In this document: piece by piece, positions 8,947 through 17,463 of the stretch
Numbering within the stretch: position 1 is the first letter of the stretch
Layout of the letters: every line of letters starts with the position of its first letter
Virus record (IMG/VR): IMGVR_UViG_3300050821_001227
Coordinates: 19,211 to 83,210 of that record
Reading direction: 5' to 3' (one strand)
Length of the DNA stretch: 64,000 bases
From: a virus
The notes under the pieces: model-generated
What the model was told of the DNA's origin: nothing
Seen by the model: only the letters and a program-made list of their open reading frames with translations
The model's database searches: none
Position numbers and translations under genes: made by a program

Positions 8947-9017
8947 GCGGAGCCTTAATCTAAACCTGCTCCGCATTCAAAGCGCGGGCAGTGAGTGAGA
9001 TTAAGCCTGCCCGCGCT
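8947..9017 (+). ncRNA. Candidate structured RNA: two hairpins with complementary (kissing) loops
   Basis: Stem 8947-8953/8968-8974 and stem 8981-8991/9007-9017; loop CTTAATCT (8954-8961) is the exact complement of AGATTAAG (8998-9005). Confidence 0.5.
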
Positions 9018-9078
9018 GTAGGGATTCTTATGAAGGGTTAAGTTAGAACATAAATCTGTGGATTCGCTATCTACAGAC

Positions 9079-9121
9079 GGAGGATGTCTTTCCGGCATCC
9101 TCCAAATTCTCACCGGAAGGA
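9079..9121 (+). promoter_or_regulatory. Hairpin/pseudoknot leader over the RBS (copy 2)
   Basis: Stem GGAGGATG/CATCCTCC; loop TCTTTCCGG is complementary to CCGGAAGGA 9113-9121. Confidence 0.65.
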
Positions 9122-9128
9122 GAATAAT

Positions 9129-9674
9129 ATGAACGCACGCTGCATTGATTTGGCAGGTTCAAGGATTGCCAATGGAGAGGTCGAGGTACTTAGAAAAGTA
9201 CCCAATCCAAACAGCAATACTAGCACGCAGGCATTTTGGGAATGTCTTTGCTCGTGCGGCAATGTGTTTACGACCGCAGGACAAGCAGCGCGAAGATTGA
9301 AGACTGGATGCAGACGATGCTTCGCCGCCAGAAGCAGGATTATGGGAGCAGCCCTAAGTTTCCTATTTTCGCAGTATCGCAATGAGGCGCGGCAGGCTGA
9401 TAGGGCGTTTGAGTTGACGCTTGAAGAGTTCCGAAAGCTGGTCAGCAGCAATTGTGCTTATTGTGGCTTGCAGCCGCAGCAGGTTATTAAGACTGCACAC
9501 GATGTGCTCTTGTATAACGGCATCGACCGAATTGACAGCCGAAAGGGTTATGTTATAGGCAACTGCAATCCCTGTTGCAAAATTTGCAATTACGCCAAGC
9601 ACAACAAGTCCAAAGAAGAGTTCTTGATTTGGCTAAAGCGCGCCTACGAGTTCAATTTCGGGAGTACCCTATGA
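9129..9674 (+). CDS. HNH homing endonuclease
   Basis: WECLCSCGN N-terminus; CAYCG...GIDRIDSRKGY..GNCNPCCKICNYAK. Confidence 0.88.
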   Translation: MNARCIDLAGSRIANGEVEVLRKVPNPNSNTSTQAFWECLCSCGNVFTTAGQAARRLKTGCRRCFAARSRIMGAALSFLFSQYRNEARQADRAFELTLEEFRKLVSSNCAYCGLQPQQVIKTAHDVLLYNGIDRIDSRKGYVIGNCNPCCKICNYAKHNKSKEEFLIWLKRAYEFNFGSTL

Positions 9675-10201
9675 AAGGCGTTCTCGACGGAGCGGATGGA
9701 AAGCCCGTGCTTTACGTAGGAGATGACTCTGATGACGAAGAAGCCCAGAAGCGTGGCTACGCTATACTTTCGGCCTGTAAGGATGGTGCCTACGGGCATC
9801 GTCATTTTCTAGGTTACAAAGAACGCGGAGCGCCGAAAGGCGATCACTACTTCCACGCAACGCGAGGAAAGAGGATGGTCTTAAACCTCCTCGACTTAGA
9901 AGACCCAGAGTTCATCAAGGAAGACGTTATCTTCCCGGCATTGAAGTTCATCAACAAACATCTGAAGGCTGGCGACAAAGTCCTTGTGCACTGTAATGCC
10001 GGACACAGTCGCGGCCCGACAATCGGGATGATGTTCCTCTGTACAATCGGGGAACTCCCCGGAGGCTTTCTGACATCGGAGAAGGTGTTCAGGGCGCTGT
10101 ACCCGAAGTACAATCCCAAAGCAGGTATGAGGACGTTCGCACGGGATCACTGGCAGCAACTAAAGGACAACTTCTATTATGGAACTGACGAACCTCGCTG
10201 A
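9671..10201 (+). CDS. Dual-specificity / protein-tyrosine phosphatase
   Basis: KVLVHCNAGHSRG is the HCxxGxxR active-site loop; downstream NP motif; ATGA overlap start. Confidence 0.88.
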   Translation: MKGVLDGADGKPVLYVGDDSDDEEAQKRGYAILSACKDGAYGHRHFLGYKERGAPKGDHYFHATRGKRMVLNLLDLEDPEFIKEDVIFPALKFINKHLKAGDKVLVHCNAGHSRGPTIGMMFLCTIGELPGGFLTSEKVFRALYPKYNPKAGMRTFARDHWQQLKDNFYYGTDEPR

Positions 10202-10844
10202 TCTTGCTGCGAAGTCCAGTATCGCAGCGCCTGACAAAGGCACCGCAGGCGAACTCGGAGCAAAGCAACAGAACGTGGACGAGTACAACAACGCAACCAA
10301 GCCGACGCCTACGGCAGAACCAGCGAAAGATACAACTCCCTCCCCCAAAGATCGAGTTGCCCCAAAGGCGCGATATGGAGCGCGGCCCGGAGAGAAGCGA
10401 ATCGACACAACGTCGATGACGAAACCTCTCGGCAGTTTTGAGAAGGGGACATCACATGTTCCCAAGACCGGAATCTACAAACTGCACGAAGGCGAAGCAG
10501 TGATTCCAAAGGACAAGAACATGGATAGCATGAAAGACAAGATGATGGATTCTCTCGGCGGCGAGAAAAAGCCGAAGAAAGAAATCAAAGAGATGCACAT
10601 CCGCAAGACTGCGAATGGCAAACACATCGTCACCCACAAGCATCATCATCCCGAGCATCACCCCGACGAGGAGCACTCCATGGAAGACATGGGCGCTCTG
10701 CATCAGCACATGGAAGACCACGCTGGTACGCCGAATGACGGTGAAGGCGCAGAGAGCGCACCGCCCGCAGGCGCAGCGCAGATGACAGCAGCCCCGTCAC
10801 CCGCAGCCGCACCCGCCGCTGGTGCATCGCCGACAGGCATGTAA
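10179..10844 (+). CDS. Hypothetical His-rich protein
   Basis: 221-aa ORF with LHEGEAVIP and HKHHHPEHHPDEEH. Confidence 0.7.
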   Translation: MELTNLADLAAKSSIAAPDKGTAGELGAKQQNVDEYNNATKPTPTAEPAKDTTPSPKDRVAPKARYGARPGEKRIDTTSMTKPLGSFEKGTSHVPKTGIYKLHEGEAVIPKDKNMDSMKDKMMDSLGGEKKPKKEIKEMHIRKTANGKHIVTHKHHHPEHHPDEEHSMEDMGALHQHMEDHAGTPNDGEGAESAPPAGAAQMTAAPSPAAAPAAGASPTGM

Positions 10845-10855
10845 GGAGATTTAAT

Positions 10856-11068
10856 ATGGCTGAGCACAGTCCAGAGGAAAAGGCCCATTTTGCCCGTTCG
10901 ATGCATAAATTGCACGGGGGCGCACTTCACAGACATTTCGGAATACCAGAGGGAGAAACCATCCCTGAAGAAAAGAAAGAAGAAGCCGCCAATAGTTCCA
11001 ATCCTCACGTAGCGGCCATGGGACGCATGGCGAAAGCTATGGCAGGATGGCATCACGGCAGTAAATAA
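10856..11068 (+). CDS. Hypothetical protein
   Basis: AAGGAG RBS, 70 aa. Confidence 0.7.
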   Translation: MAEHSPEEKAHFARSMHKLHGGALHRHFGIPEGETIPEEKKEEAANSSNPHVAAMGRMAKAMAGWHHGSK

Positions 11069-11088
11069 GCCATCGCATCGGAGGATGT

Positions 11089-13182
11089 ATGGCTGGTGAA
11101 CTGGAGATTCTACAGGCTGAGTTTGTAGCAGCCTTCCAGAACAAGAACTATCAACACAAAGGAATGCCAGAAGATGAGTACGACACTCTGGCATTGACGG
11201 CATTTGGTCACTACACGAATAAGCAGCAGTTCGATGCGATGCAGTCGTGGGTGATTTTCAATGGCGGAAAGCGCAAGGCTGGACTCCCGGCTCCCGGCAG
11301 TTGTGAATACGATCATCTGCGGCTAACGGTTGCGCGTTATCGCTTCATGTGCCAGACGAACCTGTTCTTCCTTTGCAAGATGTTGGGTTACTCCAAAGTC
11401 ACCGACAGAGAGTACAACTGGTTCAATCCCCAGACAAAGGGTTGGGAGACGCACAACACGCACGAGGAAATCTGTAACGAGTTCTTTGTGCCGAAAGACC
11501 CGGCGCACTTCGCCACCTTCGAAGCGTTCGCGACCGACGCGACCGCGAAGAGAATGTACAAGCAGCGATTGCTGCTCGTTCCTCGTGGCGGATTCAAATC
11601 GTCCATCAACATGGCCGACTGCGTTCAGTGGATTCTGTGTTTCCCTGAAGTCACCATCGGCATCTTGACTGGAAAGTTAGGATTGGCTGAAGACTTCGTC
11701 GGAGAAGTCAAGGCGCACTTCACCCTTGATGAGAACTTCGAGAAGGACAGCGAGTACAAGGGCTTCCGCCCGCGACTCCTGACAAACAAGTTCACAGGCG
11801 CTCAAACCGTATCTATGCTTCAGGTGTTGTTTCCCGAGCATTGCGTAAAGCCTCAAGAAGGCAAAGCCACTGAGTTCCAGACACCCGCCGTCACGGCTGG
11901 TGACAAAGAGCCAACGATTCGCGCTACAGGTATTGAGCAGTCATTGGCTGGATCACACTTCTGCTTACTGAAGCTGGACGACGTGGTCACCGAAGAGAAC
12001 GTTGAGACCGTAACCCGCATTGAGGGCATCAATCACCGCATCGGTGTTGACAAAGCCTTGATGCACGCATTCGGTTTCTTCGACGTAATCGGTACGTGGT
12101 ACGATGAGAGAGACTACTACGGTAAGCAAATCGCTTACGACGACAAGTTGTTCTTGGCTTCACAGCGCAACCCGGCGATGAAGATTTACCGCCGCGCTGT
12201 ATGGTGGCCAACCGCCGAATGCTTGGCGGCTGGTAAGATTGAGTCCGAGTGGACTGAACAAGACGTACATCTCTGGTTCCCCGCAGTTCTAACGTTCGAC
12301 TTGATGAAAGCGTCGGCGATGACGGAGCCCGATGTATTTGCCATCAAGTATCTGAACGATCCTCGTCAGATCAACAAGATTAAGTTCCCGCGCGAACTCT
12401 TGATTCGCCGCACGATTAACCATAATCTGTGCCCGCATCAAGGCATGATCGTTACGACCGTGGATACGGCCTACTCGACGCAGAGTTGGGCAGACTATAC
12501 CGTCATCATGACGGCAATCATCCATGGCGGGAGATTCTACATCATCAACATGGTGCGCGGAAGGTTCAACGAGTACGAACTTCCAGCGGTCATCGCGACT
12601 GTCGGGTATAAGTGGAAGCCGAAGCAGATCATCATCGAGGAGGTGATGGGCACTGCATTCGTCAAACGCGAAATCCGGCGCGAGATGGAAAAGCTGAAGA
12701 TTAGTATTCCGCTCCGTAGCGCAGGTCTGGGTCAAGGCAACAAAGCCAGATCGAAATCCATGAAAGCCAAGCCAGTCCTGAGACTGCTTGGCGACCAACG
12801 CATGTTCTTCGTCAACTCTTGTGAAAGTCTCGAAGAAATTTATACCGAGATGTCTCAGTTCACTGGGACAGCGGACGACAAGCATGACGACATCATCTCA
12901 GCAATTTCTCTGCTGGCTGAGGTCTTCGCGCCGTACGCGGACATGCACTCACAAATTAACGCGGTTGAAACTTCGTACGCGGCGGACGCGCAGTCTTACG
13001 AGCATCACCAGATGATTTACGGTCTGGGTAAGTACGCTCAACAGAATCCGGCCTTCGCAACGGATGACAACCCGAACACGCAGTTTCAGTTAGAGCAGGC
13101 CGCGCAGGCCGTTGAGCAGTCCGACGATAATCCGTTGGATGACTTGTTCGGCGGTGACCGTGCGCTGAAGACGGTGATCTGA
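11089..13182 (+). CDS. terL: Terminase large subunit
   Basis: Walker A-like PRGGFKS, Walker B LLKLDD, IGTWY, nuclease VDTAYS...DY and HDDIISA; located upstream of the portal. Confidence 0.9.
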   Translation: MAGELEILQAEFVAAFQNKNYQHKGMPEDEYDTLALTAFGHYTNKQQFDAMQSWVIFNGGKRKAGLPAPGSCEYDHLRLTVARYRFMCQTNLFFLCKMLGYSKVTDREYNWFNPQTKGWETHNTHEEICNEFFVPKDPAHFATFEAFATDATAKRMYKQRLLLVPRGGFKSSINMADCVQWILCFPEVTIGILTGKLGLAEDFVGEVKAHFTLDENFEKDSEYKGFRPRLLTNKFTGAQTVSMLQVLFPEHCVKPQEGKATEFQTPAVTAGDKEPTIRATGIEQSLAGSHFCLLKLDDVVTEENVETVTRIEGINHRIGVDKALMHAFGFFDVIGTWYDERDYYGKQIAYDDKLFLASQRNPAMKIYRRAVWWPTAECLAAGKIESEWTEQDVHLWFPAVLTFDLMKASAMTEPDVFAIKYLNDPRQINKIKFPRELLIRRTINHNLCPHQGMIVTTVDTAYSTQSWADYTVIMTAIIHGGRFYIINMVRGRFNEYELPAVIATVGYKWKPKQIIIEEVMGTAFVKREIRREMEKLKISIPLRSAGLGQGNKARSKSMKAKPVLRLLGDQRMFFVNSCESLEEIYTEMSQFTGTADDKHDDIISAISLLAEVFAPYADMHSQINAVETSYAADAQSYEHHQMIYGLGKYAQQNPAFATDDNPNTQFQLEQAAQAVEQSDDNPLDDLFGGDRALKTVI

Positions 13183-13412
13183 TGAGCGATATAGAAATCA
13201 TACCCGCGAATCCGCCGATCAACTCGGCGCGTATCAACCAATCGCGAGTCATCAACACTACGCTGTCTCTACGGGACCGCAGACAAGAACCAGTAGTCAT
13301 CCCGCCTCCTCCGGTTGACGAGAAAGTAGAAGTGCTGAAGGTACAACGACGGCACTTCGTAGCACCAGAGATAAGCGCACCGGAGCAAGTATTCCGGCGC
13401 ACCCGGCGCTAA
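13182..13412 (+). CDS. Hypothetical protein
   Basis: TGATG overlap with terL. Confidence 0.6.
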   Translation: MSDIEIIPANPPINSARINQSRVINTTLSLRDRRQEPVVIPPPPVDEKVEVLKVQRRHFVAPEISAPEQVFRRTRR

Positions 13413-13430
13413 CTTAGGGAAAGGGGGCGT

Positions 13431-15560
13431 ATGGCTCAGTTACCAATCGATGGAAATCCAAATCGCGCCCTCACTGAACAGGACTATAAGGTCTCTGGAG
13501 AGTTGAAGTCCGACGCGGCAGCGGTAGCCCTAGTCAACGGTTGCGCAACCGCAGCCGAGCAGTTTATTTCGAACAAGCAGTGGAACCTGCTGTGGCGCGA
13601 TAGCGATCTTTTGTATCAATCGCCGCGTCCTATGTCGGTGTACGAGAACACGTACATCTTGGAACCGAACGTTCAGCGGTTCACGGTGGCGAAGGTTGTG
13701 AACGCAATCGTCCCTCAGCTTTACAAGGGACTGTTCTACGACGATCCACCGATGTTAATGCGGCCTATGCCGGGAACTGAGCAAGCTGAAGTTGACGCCA
13801 AGACGGCGGTCTTCTCCTACTTGCTGAACGCTTGTAACTTCAAGCGCAATACCAAGTGGGGACTTGAACAGATGGCCCACCTTGGAACGGGCGTCTGGAA
13901 GTGGGGAATCCGCTATGAGAAAATAGTCGTCAAGACTCGTAAGCCAACCGTCTATAAGGACGGCGACAATCCGGCAGTGCCAACGTTCGATAAACCGGAC
14001 ATTGAGAGAAAGATTCGAGTTGTGCCGCGACCGTTCTTCGAGTGGCGTCCGCTCGACAAAGTATTCTTTGATCCAAACACGCGAGTGGGCGATGCCCGCG
14101 AAGCGCGATGGGCAATCGACATCCGCAACCTCGACTTCTATGAAGTCCTTGCGATTAAGAGAGCCATCGAAGGTCTACCCGACGATGCGGAAGAACGCAA
14201 GGGTTGGATGTGGCCGGGAGATGGTTCCGACAGGGCTCTACAGCAATTGTGGATGCCGCCAGTCGAACAAGGTGCGATTGAGTTGATGTCTGACTCATCC
14301 ACCCATGTCACAGAGATTGTCCACCATTCATTGGACGATTCACAAAATTCCACGCCGGATATTCTCCGACGCAAGATGGAGTTGCTGGAGTATTGGGACA
14401 AGGGTCGCAAGATCATCGTCCTCGACCGCAAGAAAGCGATTTACACTGGCAAGAATCCGTTCGCCGAAATCGGTATCGAGAACTGCATTCCGTTCCTTTC
14501 CGCCAACTGGTGGAACCGCCCGAAGGCGTTTTACGGAATGGGCCTCGGTCTAATCGTTGGTCAGAACCAGCGCGTAGATCAGGGTACGATCAACTCGATC
14601 CTGAAGATATTGTCATTTGGTGTCAACCCAATCTATCTGCGCCGACGCGATTCCAATACGCCAACACAGATGATTCGAACAGGTATCGGGCGAATCCTCA
14701 CCGTTGATGTTAAAGAAGGTCGGCCAGTCGGCGATGCTTACGGCATCCTCGAACAGCCGAAGGTGCCATCCGAAGTCTGGGCAGCACTCAGTGAATCTGA
14801 AAAGAACACTGAGTCTACATCAGGCGCAGATGCGCAGTTGGTGCAAGGTAGCAGCGCTGGTCCCCGCAGTTCGATGGGCCGCACTGCAACAGGAGCCTCG
14901 CAACTCGGCGCAGCAAGCGCAACTCGGTTGGACGGTCCTCTCGATAACTTCATCGAGCAGGTGTTCACGCCATTCTTGTACATCTTGGACGACTTGGTTG
15001 AAGAGTACCTTTCCGATGGTGAGATTCACTTCATCTGCGGAGAAGAGTTGGGCAAGGCATACATGCTCAACTTGGCACGGTACCACGAAGCCAAGATGGA
15101 GTTTGAAGTGCTGGCGGGCGCAAGCCTTTCCGCCAAGCGCATCATGGCTCAGTCCCTGACGCTCATCACGCAAATATTTGAGAACCCGCAGATTCAACAG
15201 AACCTCGCGGAAATCAACGGAGAGTACATCGACTTCAAGCCGATACTCTCGATGTGGATGGAAGCGTCGGAGTGGAAGAACCGCAACGACATCATCAAGA
15301 AACTTACGCCGGAAATGAAGCAGGCTCAACAGGCAAAGTCAGCGCAGGCACAGGCAAACAGCAAGCTGCAAGCGCAACAGTCTTTGAACACGCAGAAGTT
15401 CCAGCAGAAACAGCAGTTAGAGGACCAAGCGAACCAGAACCGCGTACAGCGGGACATTGTTCGTGAGTCTTTCCGCAACTCGGCCATGAGCGAAGCAGTT
15501 ACAGGACAGCCAAGCGCAGGCGGCTTGGAAGGTTCCGCTGAGACAGGCTCAGTTGTGTAA
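13431..15560 (+). CDS. Portal protein
   Basis: 709 aa after terL; GTGVWK, FFDP, ELLEYW, FYGMG and RTATGAS motifs; Gln-rich C-terminal barrel. Confidence 0.88.
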   Translation: MAQLPIDGNPNRALTEQDYKVSGELKSDAAAVALVNGCATAAEQFISNKQWNLLWRDSDLLYQSPRPMSVYENTYILEPNVQRFTVAKVVNAIVPQLYKGLFYDDPPMLMRPMPGTEQAEVDAKTAVFSYLLNACNFKRNTKWGLEQMAHLGTGVWKWGIRYEKIVVKTRKPTVYKDGDNPAVPTFDKPDIERKIRVVPRPFFEWRPLDKVFFDPNTRVGDAREARWAIDIRNLDFYEVLAIKRAIEGLPDDAEERKGWMWPGDGSDRALQQLWMPPVEQGAIELMSDSSTHVTEIVHHSLDDSQNSTPDILRRKMELLEYWDKGRKIIVLDRKKAIYTGKNPFAEIGIENCIPFLSANWWNRPKAFYGMGLGLIVGQNQRVDQGTINSILKILSFGVNPIYLRRRDSNTPTQMIRTGIGRILTVDVKEGRPVGDAYGILEQPKVPSEVWAALSESEKNTESTSGADAQLVQGSSAGPRSSMGRTATGASQLGAASATRLDGPLDNFIEQVFTPFLYILDDLVEEYLSDGEIHFICGEELGKAYMLNLARYHEAKMEFEVLAGASLSAKRIMAQSLTLITQIFENPQIQQNLAEINGEYIDFKPILSMWMEASEWKNRNDIIKKLTPEMKQAQQAKSAQAQANSKLQAQQSLNTQKFQQKQQLEDQANQNRVQRDIVRESFRNSAMSEAVTGQPSAGGLEGSAETGSVV

Positions 15561-15660
15561 GACAGGAGGGGCAGGGATTCGCCGACGTGGCGAGTCCTCC
15601 TAGCCATCTTTCAAATAGGTGACTAGGTCCGCCCCGTTATATCTCTGGGAGGAGACGATT

Positions 15661-16059
15661 ATGGTTGACCCCGATCTGGAGTTGACACCAACCGAGCGAT
15701 CCGATCTTGCGATGATGTTCCAAAGTAAAGGATGGCAGGTTGTACTGAAGTTGTTCCGCATCATTGTCGAGCAGTTCCGAGTGGACTTAGACAATGCCGA
15801 TCACGCGAATCCCAAAGATGTGCTTGCAAAGCACGCGCTCTCCCGAGCGGCTGGTACCGTGGTCACAATCATCATTCACCGTATCGCTCAGGAAGTCGCA
15901 TCTCTCCAAGAGGCGCGAAGCCGCCAAGGCAGCCCTGAGAACCCACAAGAATCTGCTCCCGGCCTAGAAATGGACGCGATTGAGCACGCAGTAGAAGGAC
16001 TACCCAACCTGCTGGGCGATGTAACCTACATCTCCGAAGAGGACGATGACGAGCGTTGA
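15661..16059 (+). CDS. Small post-portal protein
   Basis: RBS motif before ATG 15661; SKGWQVV pattern typical of the small gene that follows podovirus portals. Confidence 0.7.
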   Translation: MVDPDLELTPTERSDLAMMFQSKGWQVVLKLFRIIVEQFRVDLDNADHANPKDVLAKHALSRAAGTVVTIIIHRIAQEVASLQEARSRQGSPENPQESAPGLEMDAIEHAVEGLPNLLGDVTYISEEDDDER

Positions 16060-16073
16060 GGAGCGCTAAGACA

Positions 16074-17405
16074 ATGAGTAAGTATTCCAAAGCTGTCGTC
16101 GATGCAATGACGAGCGAACAGTACCGTGAGAACTTTAACAACGATCCGGAGTTCCGGACGTACATCGATGGTGAATACAGCAACAACGCTCCCACGGAAG
16201 CCGTTGCCGCACCCCCGCAAGTCGGGAGACGTGGCCCCCGCGACCGCAAGGAAGTAGCCGCAGTATCCCCCGTCGCAGCGCCGACACGCGTATTTGATCC
16301 GTCATTCGACGACGATCCGAACGGTGCACCGCCAGCCGCAGCAGCGGCAGTTGAAGTGCCCGTAGAACCGCCTGTTGCGCCCGTGCCCGCCGCAGTTGTT
16401 CCCCCGGTCGTTGAGACCCCGGCTGAACTGCCCGAGAAACGCCATGAGTATGATATCGTGGACAAGAAGGGCCGCAAGATCGGCGGACGACAAGTATTCA
16501 AGCACAAGACCGATGCTGAGTTGATCGAACAGTTGACCAAGTCGAACATCAACCTGCGCGTCATGGTGCAAGAGATTCGCGAAAAGCAGTTGCTCGAAGG
16601 CACAGAACTGCCGGAAGAAACCACAGCGGTTCAACCGTTGTCGCTTCGCCCGGTTCTGACTGCCGAAGAACGCGCTGCGACCGAAGCCAAGCTGCAAGAC
16701 CCGGCAGAATCGGCCCGCGCCCAGTACGTACTGGATCAAGACGACAACCGTCGCGTCCAGAACGATCTGTTGACCAGTAATTTTGAGAGCCGCGTGTTAC
16801 TGGCTCTTGAGAGTTTCAAGAATCGCAACCGTGATTATGTCCCGACCCAAGATAATGCCGCCAAGTTGGTGGGCTTTATTGAACGTCGCGGCCTTGATCC
16901 AACGAATGCAAAGAACTACCAAAGAGCGTTCGACGTGCTCCGTGATAACGGCAGCCTCGACGGCGCTTCTGAGAATCAGGTGACTGAGCCCGTATTGGCC
17001 TCAGCACCTCCTATAGTGCGTGAGGAAAAGACGGCACCCGTTGCGACGGTGCCCGTGGTTGAACCCACTCGGATTAGTGAGGTAACGCCACCGCCAGCTA
17101 GGGTTGCAGCCCAAGTTCCAACAGGGCTATCGAGTGCCGATCAGACATCCGATATCGACAACCCCTTGCCACAAGCACCTTGGTTAACAATCAGGGTTCA
17201 CTTGAAAGACGCAAAGGGTCAGCCGACCAGCCAGTACCAAGAGTTCAATAACCTCGACGCAATCGACCACTGCGACGACAAAACGTTGAAGCACATCATC
17301 GCCGATCAGTCACCCAGAGGCAAGGCATTACGAGCCGCGTGGGATAACGCTGAAGCGGAGAAGCAGCAACGTTTGGCCGACCAGCGGCGTAAGCGTGGGT
17401 ATTAA
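16074..17405 (+). CDS. Putative capsid scaffolding protein
   Basis: Pro/Ala/Glu-rich, lies between portal and capsid genes, basic C-terminus. Confidence 0.7.
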   Translation: MSKYSKAVVDAMTSEQYRENFNNDPEFRTYIDGEYSNNAPTEAVAAPPQVGRRGPRDRKEVAAVSPVAAPTRVFDPSFDDDPNGAPPAAAAAVEVPVEPPVAPVPAAVVPPVVETPAELPEKRHEYDIVDKKGRKIGGRQVFKHKTDAELIEQLTKSNINLRVMVQEIREKQLLEGTELPEETTAVQPLSLRPVLTAEERAATEAKLQDPAESARAQYVLDQDDNRRVQNDLLTSNFESRVLLALESFKNRNRDYVPTQDNAAKLVGFIERRGLDPTNAKNYQRAFDVLRDNGSLDGASENQVTEPVLASAPPIVREEKTAPVATVPVVEPTRISEVTPPPARVAAQVPTGLSSADQTSDIDNPLPQAPWLTIRVHLKDAKGQPTSQYQEFNNLDAIDHCDDKTLKHIIADQSPRGKALRAAWDNAEAEKQQRLADQRRKRGY

Positions 17406-17463
17406 AGAACTCCCGTTGTATCTCTCTGGGAGGAGAGTGAACAACAGAAAGATTGGATAATTT

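Noticed and set aside
11089-15560. Inteins or introns in terminase or portal
   Set aside because: Both frames are continuous, of plausible length, and lack intein splice motifs.
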